DNA from: Lytechinus pictus
Taxonomy: Eukaryota
Assembly: GCF_037042905.1 (NCBI RefSeq)
Contig: NC_087251.1
Location: forward strand, 20,090,001 to 20,154,000
Length of the DNA: 64,000 bases
Direction of reading: 5' to 3'
Both the position numbers and the translations under genes were made by a program. Every line of letters begins with the position of its first letter. Position 1 is the stretch's first letter. The notes under the pieces were generated by a model that did not search any database, was not told the DNA's origin, and saw nothing but the letters and a program-made list of their open reading frames with translations. Shown here in pieces: positions 15,401 through 30,400 of the stretch.

Positions 15401-18400
15401 ATTATCTCCTTTTTTCAATTTCAGAATCAGAAGCAATGAAAATGCAAAATAAAAAAAATGGGCCAGGATCACACATTTGAGAAAAAAATATTGAAATAGA
15501 ATAATATCACAAATAAAAGTTCTTTCTTTTAGAAAGCCACTAAACATGCACATGTTTCTCTATACATACATTGAGATATCCTTGAATTTTTCATTGAATG
15601 AATGAGGTACATGTATTCATAGTTCATTGACCCTGACTGTTTAAATAAATTCCAGACATGTGTTAACTGAATGATAATCCACAGGATAAATCAACTGCTA
15701 ATTGTATATATCCTGTCAGTAACACACAAGGCTAAAAAGATGAATTGGTGCCTCAGTGGTAATCTTTGCTTTTCAATTTTAAATCATCGTAAACTTCTCC
15801 AAACTTAAAAACATACTAGTAAAATATTTTCATCTTTGTTTTCAGTAGTTAAGAATACAAGAATACTGGAGCAGGTTTGTAAGTTTCGTTCATTTTCCAT
15901 CTATCTAAAATCATAGAACTGATTTTATTTATATTCCATGGAGATCTCTCTGGCATTTTTTTTCTCCGAATACTTCATTAATATGTTTTTTTTTTATACC
16001 TGTCTTCACATACATCACGGAGTGTAAATATTTGCCTTATAAATTTGCCAAAATTTGTACACTTCTGAATTAAATTATTGAAAAAGCAAATAGATTTTGA
16101 TAAAACAAACACACCACAAAATAAAAAATAAACACCAACAAACCTCAATATACAAATCTCATAAATAACAGAAGGGGTTGTTACTTATGACCAGTTTATG
16201 AAAATGACCAAACTTTGAAATTTTAAGCTTAAAGGAGAATGAAACCTTTGAAACCAGCTGAATCCATATCAAAGAGAAAAATCAAAGAAACATATTGTTG
16301 AAAGTTTGAGGAAGATTGAATGAATAATAAGAAAGTTATGAGCATTTGAATATTGAGATCACTAATGCCATGTAGTTCCTCCCATTGGCAATGCGACAAA
16401 GATCTGTGATGTCACACACGTACAACTCCCTCATTACTTTAGTACTTATTTCACTTATATTGTCACTTTTATAGAGTCCATCACAAGGTGAGGTGTTCTC
16501 TTTATGAGAGGACAAGTACAGAGGTTTCACAACATTATTATCATTGATGAATCGTTTGTCATATGATTAGAATGAGCAAAAAGAGATGTTTTGGAGTATA
16601 TTTTCAGTGTCCAAAAGGGGAGAGTTGTTCATCTGTGACATCATAGATCTTGGTCGCATTGCCAATGGGAGGATCTCCATAGCATTAGTGATCTCGACAT
16701 TCATATGCTCATAACTCTTCTATTGCTAGTCCTATTTTACTCAAACTTTTGTTGATCTTATTCTTTGATTTTTCTGCTTTCACAAAAGCTAACTTGCTCC
16801 AAGAGTTTCATTCTCATTTAATATGAACAACTATGTTAAACAGGGTACGAAAATAACACACAAAGCAAGTACAGTACATGCACCTATTTATCATGTATTA
16901 AAAAGTAGCTTCCTTCATATGTAACAAATAAATTCCAAATTTCATCAGTATATCAATATTGAAATAACTACTTCAGAAGGTCATATTCCAAATTACAATT
17001 TTCATCGCTCTAATATCCACCTAATAGTTTCATCTTCATCAAGTGAATGAATATCCAACACATGACTCCAGATTACATTTCAAAGAAAATAAAAAACACT
17101 TGTAGACATCACTCACGCATACACATAATAAGAATCAGGTATATCATAAGAGCAATAATACACAATATGAAAACAATAAATGATGACAAAGAAATGCACT
17201 GAGTAAAGGAGACATTCATACCTGAACCATCCGGTCCATTGGGGTCCATATACTTGGCAGCCTGGTTGTTGATGTTGGTGACTTGCTCACCATACACCAC
17301 AATGTCGGATTCCAGCATGTTGTGCTTCTGTATGAGATCCTCAACCCCCATCAAGTGCTTGCCATAGTCCTCCGATAACAGCAGCACCTGGAAATTGAAA
17401 GTGTCATTTTCTTTGGTCAATCCTCACAGCTATCAAAGGTCAATATCAAATTGCAATATATTCTACCAGCTCGCGAAAACCAAATGTACACCATCAAGAT
17501 CTCCCAATAACCTAATATCGGTGTTGTGGCCAGGAATAGATTCTCACCATTCATTTCTTTGGAGCAGTGTTATATAGTTCACATACATGTACATATCACG
17601 CATGATGTCAAAATGTAAATGAACACGGTTAATAAAATCTAAAGAATTGAATTTTTTTTCGAACTCATTCTCACAGAAAGAATATGCTTTGACAAGGGAA
17701 AACAAGAAGACATCCCTTGTAGCATCAAAGAAAGGGACTCCTGCTTAGATACCACACAAATAATTACCATGATCGCATGATCAATTAGCTGGAACCATCG
17801 TCGTGTTGACACAAATGGTACAATCCTCAATGAAACAAATCGGCAGGCAAACCTTAAAGCCAATATACTCCAATCATAAACTTGACCAACATAAAATTCA
17901 ATCCAACAAGTCCTTCCCATCACCACCATGACCACCACAACTACCAGGTACATAGTAATGAAGACCAATACAGGAGCAATTGTTCAATTCATATAGACAA
18001 TTTTCTTCTTGGGCAGTTGTTTGACGTCATAATACCCAAGAACGGAATCCCCTCACCTTCCTATGATCTCAAGGAGGATTGGAGTCAAATTGAAAGTTAT
18101 GACCAATATCATCACCTCGCCACCATACCATAAGAATATGTATGTACCTTTATGAGCAACGATATGTACAGGGAGAGTGTACTGGATTCAATCAAAGAAT
18201 ATGACTTATTCACCTCTCTGCTCGTACTTTATTACACAAAGGAATTGTTGTATTTGCTGACACCTATTTCTGGTTTATTTACATGTGATCCTTGATGTTG
18301 CTCGTTCAGTTAAAGTCGTAATTTCTCTAGATAATTCAAGTGAATCAAAACTAAATTTCATCTTTGGATATTAAAATCAACAGTCACAGACCTGGATTTC

Positions 18401-21400
18401 AAGATGCACACAGTATTGCTGGGGTAATATAAGATGGTCTTGGGCACCACATTTGTTGATAATCTCTGTCCAACATCATCAACTACTATTAATCACAATA
18501 ATAATCATCATACTCGCTTATACAGGGTATAACACTATCTCAAAGCATTCTACAATAAATGCAACATAATTACCCTGGCTATAAAAGAGCAGCATTTAAA
18601 TGCTCTACATTACAAGGAATAAATTCCTGCCACATCCCCATTCACCTCACCTGGGTCCAGTACATCACAATATGATTAAAAATTGTATGCAATGTTTTTT
18701 CATTCAAACGTAATGCAGTGGACTCCCTTCTAAATTTGCCAACTAGGCTAGAAGCACTGAAAACTTTGAATAGATACAAGACATGATCCTATTTCATACC
18801 TTTGTTTCTTCCATTGAGTCTAGGAGAAGTTCCATCTCCTGGAATCGTCTCTGGATGTCCAATGAGAGCTGGAGTCTGACACGGCGAGCCTTCAGAAGCT
18901 CTATCAGGTAATCCCATAGGCGTAGAATGTTGTTTTTCCTGAAAGAAAATCATCACATTTATTTCACCATCAACTTTAATACATGTATGAAATACAATGA
19001 AACACAACTAATTCTTGATGTTGGTTGAATTTTTCTTTTTCTCATAAAAAAATTATAAAAAGGATGTTTTAACATGCTAGTAAGGCAATATTTGAATAAG
19101 TTTTGTGGTCTCTTTCTTTAACATTTCCTTTTATTACCATCAATAGAATCAATAGAACTTTTTTTTTTACTTCATTCTCTAAATTCACCATTCATTATTG
19201 GTGAATTCATTCTGATTGACCTAAAAAATCATTTGCAACATTGATGCTTATTAAGAAATCTGAGGGATTACAAGTGGGTAAAAAATGAAATTATTTACTA
19301 AGATTAAGAAAAGATGGAAAAGAAGTCTTGATAAAAAGCTTATTCAATATACTTTCAATTTCTTGAAATTGTCAATAGATAAATGTACTTTACATCATGA
19401 ATTTTTTTACATTTTTCACATTGTTTCGTTTTGGATTTTCATTTAGAGTAATGAAAAATAATCAGAATATGAAGAGCAATGAACGAAAAAATTACCTTGC
19501 ATTAATCCTCTCGATGTCATGATACCTCTCCTCTTCCAATTCTTGGGCAACGGCCACAACGGCAAACACCCTCTCTTGATAGGCCTTGATGTCTGTCTCG
19601 ATAGCCTCATGCTTCTTGGCTGCAGCCTCAACTGCAGGAAGGTCAAAGCCGAAGTTATCCTGGGCTACAAGGCGTTGGTTCTCACTCAGCCATGTTTCAC
19701 GCATGGCCGCCTTTCGGTCGAAACGGGCGGCCAGCTGCTCCAGCTTCTCCTGGCGGATCAGCTCCTGGCGCAGCGCCAGCTCACGACCGTGCTCAGACTT
19801 CTCCAAGTTCTCCCATGCCTGGGTGAGGAGGATGGAGAGGAGGGGTAAGAGAGAGGAAGAGACAGAGACATCAGTCATCATCTTCTCATTAGAAAAATGA
19901 TATGGAATGGAGATTTGTCATGTCCAGACCACATGTCCTTCAGAATGTCCATCATACAAGGATAATCAGAATTCAATTTACTTATGACACTGAGCCTGAG
20001 AGGCTTTACAATAACACCCTGCTATCATTTCACCATCACAATAAAATTGGTCAAGATGTAACAGAAATGTACAGAAATACTGCATGACCCTATGTTCTCC
20101 AAATTTTTCACTTTCATATCAATTTGAATTACATCTGTTTATCATATCAAAAACTAAAAAGATAACATTAAAATTGTGAGTTATTATCTACAGTTTAACT
20201 GATAATTTATTCAATCAGATACAAATCACACATTCACAGTAACAATCTTCCATTTTCAAAACAAATAATTATACCCTGCCAATATTAACATATTTGAATA
20301 AGTTCACCATTTTACATTGTGTTATCAACCTGGATTTCTTGTAATCTTCTTTCATCATTGTTCAGTTCCTTTGAAAATTTGAATCAAGATTATTTATATG
20401 ACAACAAAGTGATTGTTTATTTCATAATTTTTAATCTATTTCATCATGTTTGGAAGGTAACAAACAATCATAATTGAGGATAATCCCCTGGCAGAGAATC
20501 CCCTGGCAGTGAGTCCCCAGGGTACATGTATGCCACTGACCTTGTTGATATCATGCACTAGCTTGCCTTCCTTGGGCAAGAAGGGTTTCTGGTTGTTAGC
20601 CCTCATCTTACTCTGAATGGTGAACAACATCACCTCAAGGTTGCCCTTTTCAATGAATCTAAAAATAATCAATACAAATGAGAATGGTTGGAATTGGTAT
20701 GGAGAAAGATATGGGAATATACAATGGCAGATATGAGGCATACAAGGATAGGGAAACAATGGGACAGAGAATTATGTAATATGTAAGATGCACAATACGG
20801 GATGATGATCAAGACCGAGTAATGGTAGAATAATTGTAGAAATTGGTTAAAAAAATAAATGACTGAAAAAATACAAACACTAAATTAAACACAAAATAGA
20901 TTTTTTTAAATAACAAAATTAAACAAAAGTATAAGCATTGCTAAAGAAAACAGAAAGAAATTTACGAGAAAGACAGTCAAGAATGTATTGATTGATTAAT
21001 GGGAGGAAGATCATGAAAAACAAAAAGAAAAAAAATCAACATTTACATTGAGATTGAATCAATTGAGTACACAGTTGTGCATGCCAGTGTGCTGCATGTC
21101 CATCTATTAATGTTTTAAGTGCTATTTTCTAGCTCGGGTCTGCCAATGTATATTTGTGTCTGTGATTAATGCACAAGCATTCACACATTCATGTTTGTTC
21201 AAAGGTACTTCATTTGCAATGGATTTTAGGTGTGTTAGGCAAAGAAAATGCATATCTGTTATTCTTTCTTCTTTTACCTGTTAACAGATCTGAACTGCTT
21301 GCAAATGCATTATATAAATGAATTACAACCAAAAATAAATTACCTTCACTAAAAATCAGTAGCATTTGAATAATAATTTAATAAAAATTTTAAATCGTTA

Positions 21401-24400
21401 AAGTACAATGTATCTGAAAAAACAATGCAGCCATTCCTAAGTACCCTTAACAAAAGAAATATTTTTGATACAACCAAAGATAAACCTACAAAATTATATA
21501 AAGAAATTGTCTGTACATGCACATGCATTTCCTTGTCAACAAAATAAAATATGTACATTCACTGATAAACATAATTATTTTCCTCTTAACCAATACTTAT
21601 ACAGGCCTACATGGACATTGAAGAAGAATATCTTTATTTTTTCTGTGGTATCAATGACAGATCTGAGAGCTGGAGCATCAACATCACATGATGTCTGGCT
21701 TATTTAATTTGTGGCTGACTGACTGGTATGAGATTACAGGCCAGTGTTTGAGGGATACTGACTGAACACCATCCATCATGAATCCAGAGTGGTGTTGAAG
21801 GTAGTCCCAACCAAACAAAACACTTCTCCATCACATAATTCCCTAGCTTTTGTGAGTCCCAGCTGTCCCTATTGCTCTTGACTTGCCAGTGCAGGCACGA
21901 TTGTCCATGATATCATTCACACTGAAATAAAATCTTTGGAAAGGCTTCCCCTTTTTTTTTGGGGGGGGGTTTGTCTCTTTGAAATACATGTATGAAAATA
22001 TAACATCCATTCCCATATATCTAAGCATTATCAAAGAGTAATCTTGTTATCAAGGTACAATGTACATGTATGCATATATAGGGGAGAAACTAGCAATCTG
22101 GGGGGGGGGGGGGGGTTCTTCATCATTGAAAAATATCTTCTCATGTTACTTTTATCCCCTATCTGTAGAATTCACACAAAAAATCTGATCAAGGTATGCA
22201 GACACTGTATCTCTCATTAATTCATCATGTTCAATGTCAGAGCTGATTTACACGCAGAATCTAATTTTGGATTTCTTTTCCACGCAAGCATGGATTTACT
22301 TCAAGAATGGTATAACATAGCAATCTTGCAGAAACATTTCACCACTACTGCAGCGCTCCTTCTTTAAGTCTTAGAAATATCGTAAAAATAGCTCCCACTA
22401 CCTCCCAGCCAAGCGTTACTCAAACGTAAGAGCAGAAGTTGAAAGTTTGCCAATCCAGAGTCTATATTTGTCTTCGTCACCATAGAAGCATGCGATCAGA
22501 AATTAGAAGGAGAGAATGTCTGGATGAACAGACAAGAAGATTTTGATGCAAAGTACATTGATGCCATCTACAGCAAAGCTTAAATGAAACATGATTACTT
22601 TAAAAAGTTTAAAGTGAATATGGATAGAGAGTGTTGTGGGTTTTTTTTTTCTAGTGTAAATATTCATAACTCAATTCAAACGACATTTTAACTTTTGCCT
22701 TTGGTCCGCGGACCTACATGTAAAAGGGTTTCAAAGGTATTGTTTAACTTTGTGAGCAGCCGATTAAAAAAATTCTTAAATCAAGATAAAACATGTGTAC
22801 AAGTGCATGTATTAGAACTAATAAACCCTGAAAACAACCATTATTGAGAATGAAAAGCTAAAACTACAAGGCAAACCCCGATTTTGTAAATAGGCGTCTT
22901 ATAGACGCCTAAATAGTACACATAATTGTATGGGATGAAATTAAGATGGTGTTTTCGGTCACTTTATATTTCAATTTTTGAAGCACCAAATAATTATTTT
23001 CGAACGCAATTTTTTCTGGGCTTCATTTTTGTAACATATCACAGACACAGGTGACAAGTGTGACCTTCTAGCTCAGATTTTTTAAAAGTCAAACCAATGT
23101 TAACCAATCACTTTAAGGCATGTTACCTGGTGTTAATCACCTGAGCACATTAGAGCACATGGAGAAAGTGCAGACTGGCATTGAGGCATACCTATTTAAG
23201 GGCTCTGAAGGTGAATAAAAGGTCAACTATTTGGAAGGAAAGGTTGCATCCTGTCATGAGAGTGAGGGGGTTTGATCATGAGAGAGCGATACATACAACA
23301 TTGACACAAACTACACTACAAAGATACAGGGTATCCTTCCACTTCCAGAAGTGCCATCGGGCAGCGAGCCAGCTTTGTCTATCATTGATGGGAAGATCAT
23401 CCCTTTCAATGTTCCCTTATCAGGTTTTGCACTCTCATTGTGGCAGTGGCAATGTTTCCGGTACTTCTTTGGGATTCTGGTGGAAATTCAAAACTCTTGG
23501 ATTCATCCAGGAGTTATTTTCTTCAAAATGACAAGTCATTTCCTCAGTGAAAAAAAAGAGGAACATGAATAGAGCAGATATGGAAGAAAGCATTGTTCAT
23601 GTATGTGGGACGGGCTACTCTATGAACACATCAAGGGGATTCTTAAAAGTACAGCTCCAACAGAGTGATTTGAAATTTGCTCCAGTAACGATTTGCTCCC
23701 ATTTGAATTACAGTAAGGACTGAGAAAGATTTTATGGTTTAGTTTGATGTCAGGATAAGTTAAAGATCAGGTTTTAAGTTTGATTTTAATCATTTAAAAC
23801 ATTTCCACAAAAACAACTGTCACTGGTGCAAATACATAAAACAATTAACAAGCCCAAAACCAAAAACATCAACATCTTACTTGGGTGGTTTCTCTACTGT
23901 TCTGTAGGTGTTGAATGCAAGAAGCTGTTGCTGTACACCTTGCAACGAGTTGGCGAACTCCCGGTCGTTCAGGATCTCGATGGTCTGCCTGATCCACTTG
24001 AGGAGATCTGACGTAACCTTGTCGTATTCGGTGATCAGCTTGTCGTTGTCGATGGCGCCACTGATGACCTTGCCGATACGCTTACCGGACACGGTCTCGG
24101 CCTTCATCTTAGAGAAGTAGTGGTAGTAGGTGACCACATAGGTGATGATTGACTTCTCATCGGGATGGTCCACAACAACATCTGAGTGTAAAAAAAAAAA
24201 AAATGAAAAGATATTATGTAGATGTTTAGGGTCTACTATACTGTAAATGATAGATAAAAGCAGGGTGCTACATAAGCACTTGCCCAATTGCCGAAGGCAA
24301 GTAAAAGTTAGAGTTGGGCAAGTGTTTTGAAGTAAGACCAAAACTACTTGCCCAAAATGGGCAAGCAAAATTCTCACAGTAGAATGACCAAAATTAGGGT

Positions 24401-27400
24401 CGATATGATATGATATTGACCCAATTTTGGTCATGGCAGGTAGATCAGTTCATGTCAAAAGAGAGAAAAAGGTCAACAGTTTATAAAACTGCAAAACTCT
24501 CTTTTGAAGAGGTAAAACTTTTTTTCAGGATTTTTTCGGGCAAGTGAAATAGATTTTGGGGCAAGTATATTCCAACAATTTGAAAATTTACTTGCCCAAC
24601 CAGGCAAGTGCTTCTAAATAGTTATGTAGCACCCTGGATAAAAGCATATCATTCATGAATGGAATTGATTTTTCTCCTTTTTTTCCCCATTAAAAAAAGG
24701 AACAGAAAATACACAATCAAGTTACCATGATAAATGTTTTCCAAGTTTTATCTGTGGGAAAAATGCACATTTTTTAAAGATGTGAGGAACCATAAAACTC
24801 AGCACACAGAATCGATTTCTGTTTTTTTTTAATGTGCATTTTAAAGATATTTAATTCAATATCAAATCAATATCAACTGTACACCTTTACATGAGCAGTA
24901 TAAGCATTTTTTTCCTTTTATTTACAAATTTTTTAGAAACACAAACAGTGAGCTCAAATCTTAAACGAATGTCCCTTCCCTGAAAAAACACGTGAACAAC
25001 ACACTACTAGCATAAATCGAGCAGACACTTTCCCCCTTTAAATGATAGTTATACTTTTGGACAAATGATAGTTATACTTTTGGACAGGTACTGGGTCATG
25101 TAACAATAGAATAATGCAATTAGCTTTGATGCATGCATTTGATTGTAAAACCTTTATCTGAAATCTATATACCCCACAATCTAACCAAGCACAGCTGGGG
25201 ACCAATTAGTACAGAGAAGATAGCAGCAGCAGAATTGATTTATGAGAGGGATCCATAAAGGACTCAGAATCAAATATGAAATTCACAGGAAAGGTATAAT
25301 GTACATGCATATTCAGTGCATAGCATTTTCACCCATTCATCAAGAGAGTATCTGAAGAATCTCTAAAAATATATCATTAAAATGTTGAGCCATACAAATC
25401 TTGAATTCTTTGAAGATAATCTTTGAGAACTCTGATCTGTATGAAGCTGATACAATTCTCTTTTCTATATTTTCTCTCTTATTGCCCCACCCCTCCCCTA
25501 TTCCATAGAATGCATATTTGCACCTTCATTTGGAAATAGGCTGACCTCTTCTACTCTACCATAGCGACTCAGTCTATGAATTCACTTTCCCAAGGGAAAT
25601 ACTGAAGCAAATGCATCTAGAACATGTAAATAATCCCCTTTCAAACTGGTGATGACTGAAGATTTTGACCTATCTACAAGTACACACATTCAATAGGCCT
25701 ACATTGCACCAGGCAGCTATGCCTGTCAGATCCTAATGGAAAATCAGAATGTAAACAAAGTTCTTTAGGATAGTGTCGCCACTGTCTATTGGAATCTGAT
25801 GTGGAAGATTTATTGAGCTCTTCTAAAGGGAGATATCTTCATGTCATCTCAGATTAAGAATGATTAGGACAAATCACTGGATGATTATCTCCAGGAAAAG
25901 ATACTAATGAAGTCCATTTAGAACCCCTTCTACTGTTTATTGTGTTGGGTGAGCTAAAAAAGACCACACAATGTCGAATATTATTTCAAAGAAAATGATA
26001 GGAGACAAAAACAAACAATGTGAACCCGAATTGGAGGACAGTATAAAATTTAATGTTTATGTTTATGATTTATTTTATCAGCTCTGTGTTCATGTAGAGG
26101 CATCATGGTCTAGCGGGTACATCTCCAGACTACAGATCACAATATTTGGGTTCAATTCCTGGTTTGGCCCCTATGGCCTTTGGCCAGCAAAGTACTATTA
26201 ATCTACTTTTACCACACTTGACAGAGGTGTTAAATTGGTACCAGGAAGGAATGCATTCCTCAAAATGCTAAAAAGTGCCTTACTTGCAGCTATGCTATAG
26301 CTAGGTCCTGCATAAAAGCGCTATTCCTTAATAGCATTATGATTATAATCATCATTAGATCAGTCTGTACTCACCTTCGGGGTCTAGGAGCTTCATCAGG
26401 CCTAGTTTCTGTTCAGCAACATTGAATACATTGTTTAGGTTCTGAACTGGTTGTACTTTGGTCAGTTTGTTGTAGTCGATCAGGTCCGGCCTATGCTTGT
26501 GTACAAGTGCATTGAAGGCCAGACCATCTCGCCAGCTTGTTGTGAAGTTGCGGATGTCTACATTGGCGTAGCCGGCTGTTTTCATCTGGCACCAGAGGAG
26601 GAGGGCATCCTTAGCCGATCGTGTCTCCTGGTTGTCTTCATCTTCAAAAGAAATATCTTGAATCTAAAGAATCATACAAAAAAAGAAGATATTGTCATCT
26701 TTTTATTTCCAGGATAACAATGACACAGTATTTAATGTACATGTAAACACATTCAAGGAATCATAGCAGGGGAATTCTGTACAACTGTTTCTTTCAAATA
26801 CTTCCAACAGAATTGCAGAAAAAAATTTAAATAGCAGCAAAAATAAGAAGCCTGAAGGTCCAAGCAATCGAGAGACAATGTAACTTACTCCAATGAATCC
26901 ATTCTTATACAGGTAAGGTGGCATAATCATGCTAACAGGCCTTGCCTGAACAGCACCTCTATGTTAGGAACCCAGTAGAGGCACGACTGACCAAGTCCCA
27001 TCATCTCAAGAATACATAAATGTGTATGATTTCTTGCTAAACACGTAAATGAGGGGTCAGAAAATGGATGGAAGATTCCACCACCAGCTAAACTTAGGGT
27101 GTGATCAAGATGGTGTCTGATTTAGAAGGTTGATAAATGAAGGCACCTGCGTCTCTTCGTGCCACTTTGATACCCCCAGAGGAACATTTAATGAATTTTC
27201 CATTTAGCATGTACTGAAAATACGTAATCAGGAAGATATTTCATAACAAGAATTGAGAGAACTTTCGCTTGGTTATCTCCAAACTTGTTCATGTTAACTG
27301 TAAACAGTATTTTTTCTTTTTCTAATTTTTGAATTCACTCTTTCAAGGATAAAAAATGTAAAATATAGGTTTCTATTGTATTGAAGCAATTAAAAGTAAT

Positions 27401-30400
27401 ACTAAACTCTTTTAACAGCTTCATTACAATTTTACTCTGTACTACCGGTAATCATATCCCCTGGAAGAATGTAAGAATGTACATGTAAGTACATGTAAGT
27501 TTTCCCTCTAATCCTACGTGTTATGATTTTTTATTCAGATAAAGATATGTACACAAATTGCTGTATAGTACATGTACATGTATGTCTACATACTGAGGTT
27601 TATGCTGTTCATGAACATGTGGGTGTATAAACTCAAGTTTGAATTTTGGAGCCATTCTGGAGGAAGTCAAGCTAATTGGTTCATAAAACAGGGAATAGTT
27701 TATACCCACATCCTCAAAGATTCTTATCATAGCTTGGCTGTTTGTAAGCAATAATTCACATTTCCTTTGGAGTTCAAACTTTCCTAAGTACTCTAATAGC
27801 TAAGGTGTACAAGTACATGTGCAGTAAACAACTGTTGCAATACTAACACTCAACCTTTACAGATATGTGATTTCAGAATTACACGTTTTTTGGGGGGTTT
27901 TCACAAAGAAATTATTCTTAGATATTTTTTTCACTGAATTGCCAAAATATAAGGCCTACATAAATGTACATTCTCTTCAACTTTTGATGTGAAATCAAAT
28001 TGGATTCTATACTCTGTACTATACTGTACACATGAAGGCCTACATGTATAGATCTGTATTTTTAAATATGTCTGCATAAACAAATTGTATCTTTTTTTTA
28101 GGTACATTACTGTACAGTATGTACATGTACACTGTGCAGTCAAGTAGATACATGTAATGCAAATTTGTATTTCTTCCAGCTTGCATTTTACTGTACAGGA
28201 CTATATAATGCATGTACCTACTAACAGCGCACTAAAGATAGGCGAGCCATGCTGTCATCCATACAGCAAGCTCTAGAGGTTTTTATAATGTTATGCATCA
28301 AGTGCTGGGTGTAGTTCAATTTCATCAGCATGGAATGCCCTAGTGCCTGTAGGCCATGCACCCAACGATGAATAAGCCAGCATGCCATAGCAGCATTCTC
28401 TGTCAGGCAAATTGCCTTCACCTTCGCTCACTCTTCTCCACTCACTCCCACACTTTCATTTTCCCTTTCTTTTTTTGTACCTACTGCATGTATATTGGCC
28501 TAAATATGATTTTTATCATTACTTTACCTCTCATTTTATTAAGCACCATCTCATGCATTCCTAATATGCTCTCAGAAAATCCCATTATTCTTTTTTTTTT
28601 CAGTTCAGATTTCTAGATTTTGAAGATTTCATTTCCAATGGTTTTTTTTCATGATTTAGGCCATCTTGAGGAAAGAGCACTTAAACAATCATAATGATAT
28701 AGAATGAAGTTCCTCCATGGGTTAAAATATCCCCTTTTTAATAGCAATGTCCATGTACATTTATGTCTTTTTCAATCAATATCTTTAGATATACTCCCTG
28801 AGACATTGAAAATAAAATGCATATTTTCATTTAACAATTTATCCCTAACACATACAGTTTGCATTCTTCCCATTTCCTTCCTATGTATGTACATTATATA
28901 TCTCTATAAAGACCCTCATCCCTTCCTCTCTTTCTCTTTCTCTCCTCCTTCTCATCTCACATTCAATACACTGGAAGCTAAAAGCCGCATCAACCTCCTT
29001 GGTGCCTCATCAAAGCCCGAGCCGTCATATTGCTTCAGACTGGGCTTGGCCACTAGTGCATTTGTGATGCAGAATTAATGCGTCAAATAAGCACTCTCGA
29101 TGTGTTATTCCAATTACGAATCCTAGCTTACTTTGCTTACATGTAAGTTATCAAACAGTTTGACTGCATTTGTAAAGTTGTAAATGAATACAAAGGCACA
29201 ATGGGAGACATCATTGAAATTATTCACTATTAAAATGGGATTTACCTTTCAAAATAATGCAGATGTCCCCCACTGGGTTTGCATATATTGCAAGTACATG
29301 TACTTTATTCTCTGTCATGTCATGAATGGCTGTACTACTAGCTGTATCCTCTAAAAGGTGGTGAACATTATCATTCCTTTGATATATTTTAATTGGCATT
29401 ATTGTTTGGAGAAAAAATGAATTAATGCATGAAAACCTTCCTTTTTTTAATAATTCAAATAATGACATTTTAATGTTTTTTTTTTCTTTCAGAATTACAT
29501 CATGACTTTGTACATCCAATAAAATAAACTTATACCACTCCAGTTTAAAGCAAGAGTGGAGAATATCATGTAAATTGACCAGCTCACTGTCACATTCCGA
29601 GACCTTACTAAAATAGCATGCGTAACTATTTATGACTGTGAACTTGAATTAACATTTAATCACTTTAACATCTTCTCTTTGACGAGAAGCACATTCCAAA
29701 ATATGCATTCTGCCATGCAGCCAATGGAAAGGTCATGTTTATAAACCCTATCTATCATTCACATGGTACAGTTACATGTACATTACAAGCGATGCTGCGG
29801 CTTCAACCATGTTACCATCTATACCAGTATTAACCCACCCATAATATAAGACTGACAACACGAATACTGAAGAATACTGGCCAAATGATTTCACCTTCTT
29901 TTATCAAAAACAAGATTTTTGTTTGTATGGGGTGGGGCAAGAGAAGAAATGACACATCTCTCTTTAAAAGTTTCGATCACAAAGAAAAAAAAAAGATGAC
30001 AAACAATGGAAAGGCATCAGGCATATTTATTATGCTACACTGTAGTTTTGTTTTCATGATAAAATTTCCAAGATAAAAGTTAATAAAATGTGACCCCATT
30101 CGATTTCAAAATTAAAAGAACAATTTCCTGGTGAATCTGGTACATGCATACCACATTTACAGAATTATTGTTTTTATCATGAAAATCAAGTACAGATGCT
30201 TTCTCTTACATGTTGAGGAAAAGGTATTTGCACCGCTGCTGGTCTAAAGTAAGACGTGAACATTCATATTTGAATGATGCGTTTCTTAAAACCGAAATCA
30301 ACAACAACAAAAATGGATCTAGTTGGACACCTACCTGGAATCTAAGGATGATGGTCCAGATGAGACCGAGGGTCAATCTGTGGTTGCTATCTACGATGTC

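Noticed and set aside
17639..18133. Overlapping ORFs in intron 8 as an extra exon or nested gene
   Set aside because: The spectrin protein is continuous across exons 8-9, and no frame gives a recognisable protein.
24182..24434. N-terminal extension of the 185-aa ORF 23877-24434
   Set aside because: It runs through the polypyrimidine tract and a hAT-like MITE; the real exon begins at the acceptor at 24181.
25649..25800. Possible C/D-box snoRNA (GTGATGA ... CTGA)
   Set aside because: There is no terminal stem or recognisable rRNA guide, and it lies antisense to the host gene.
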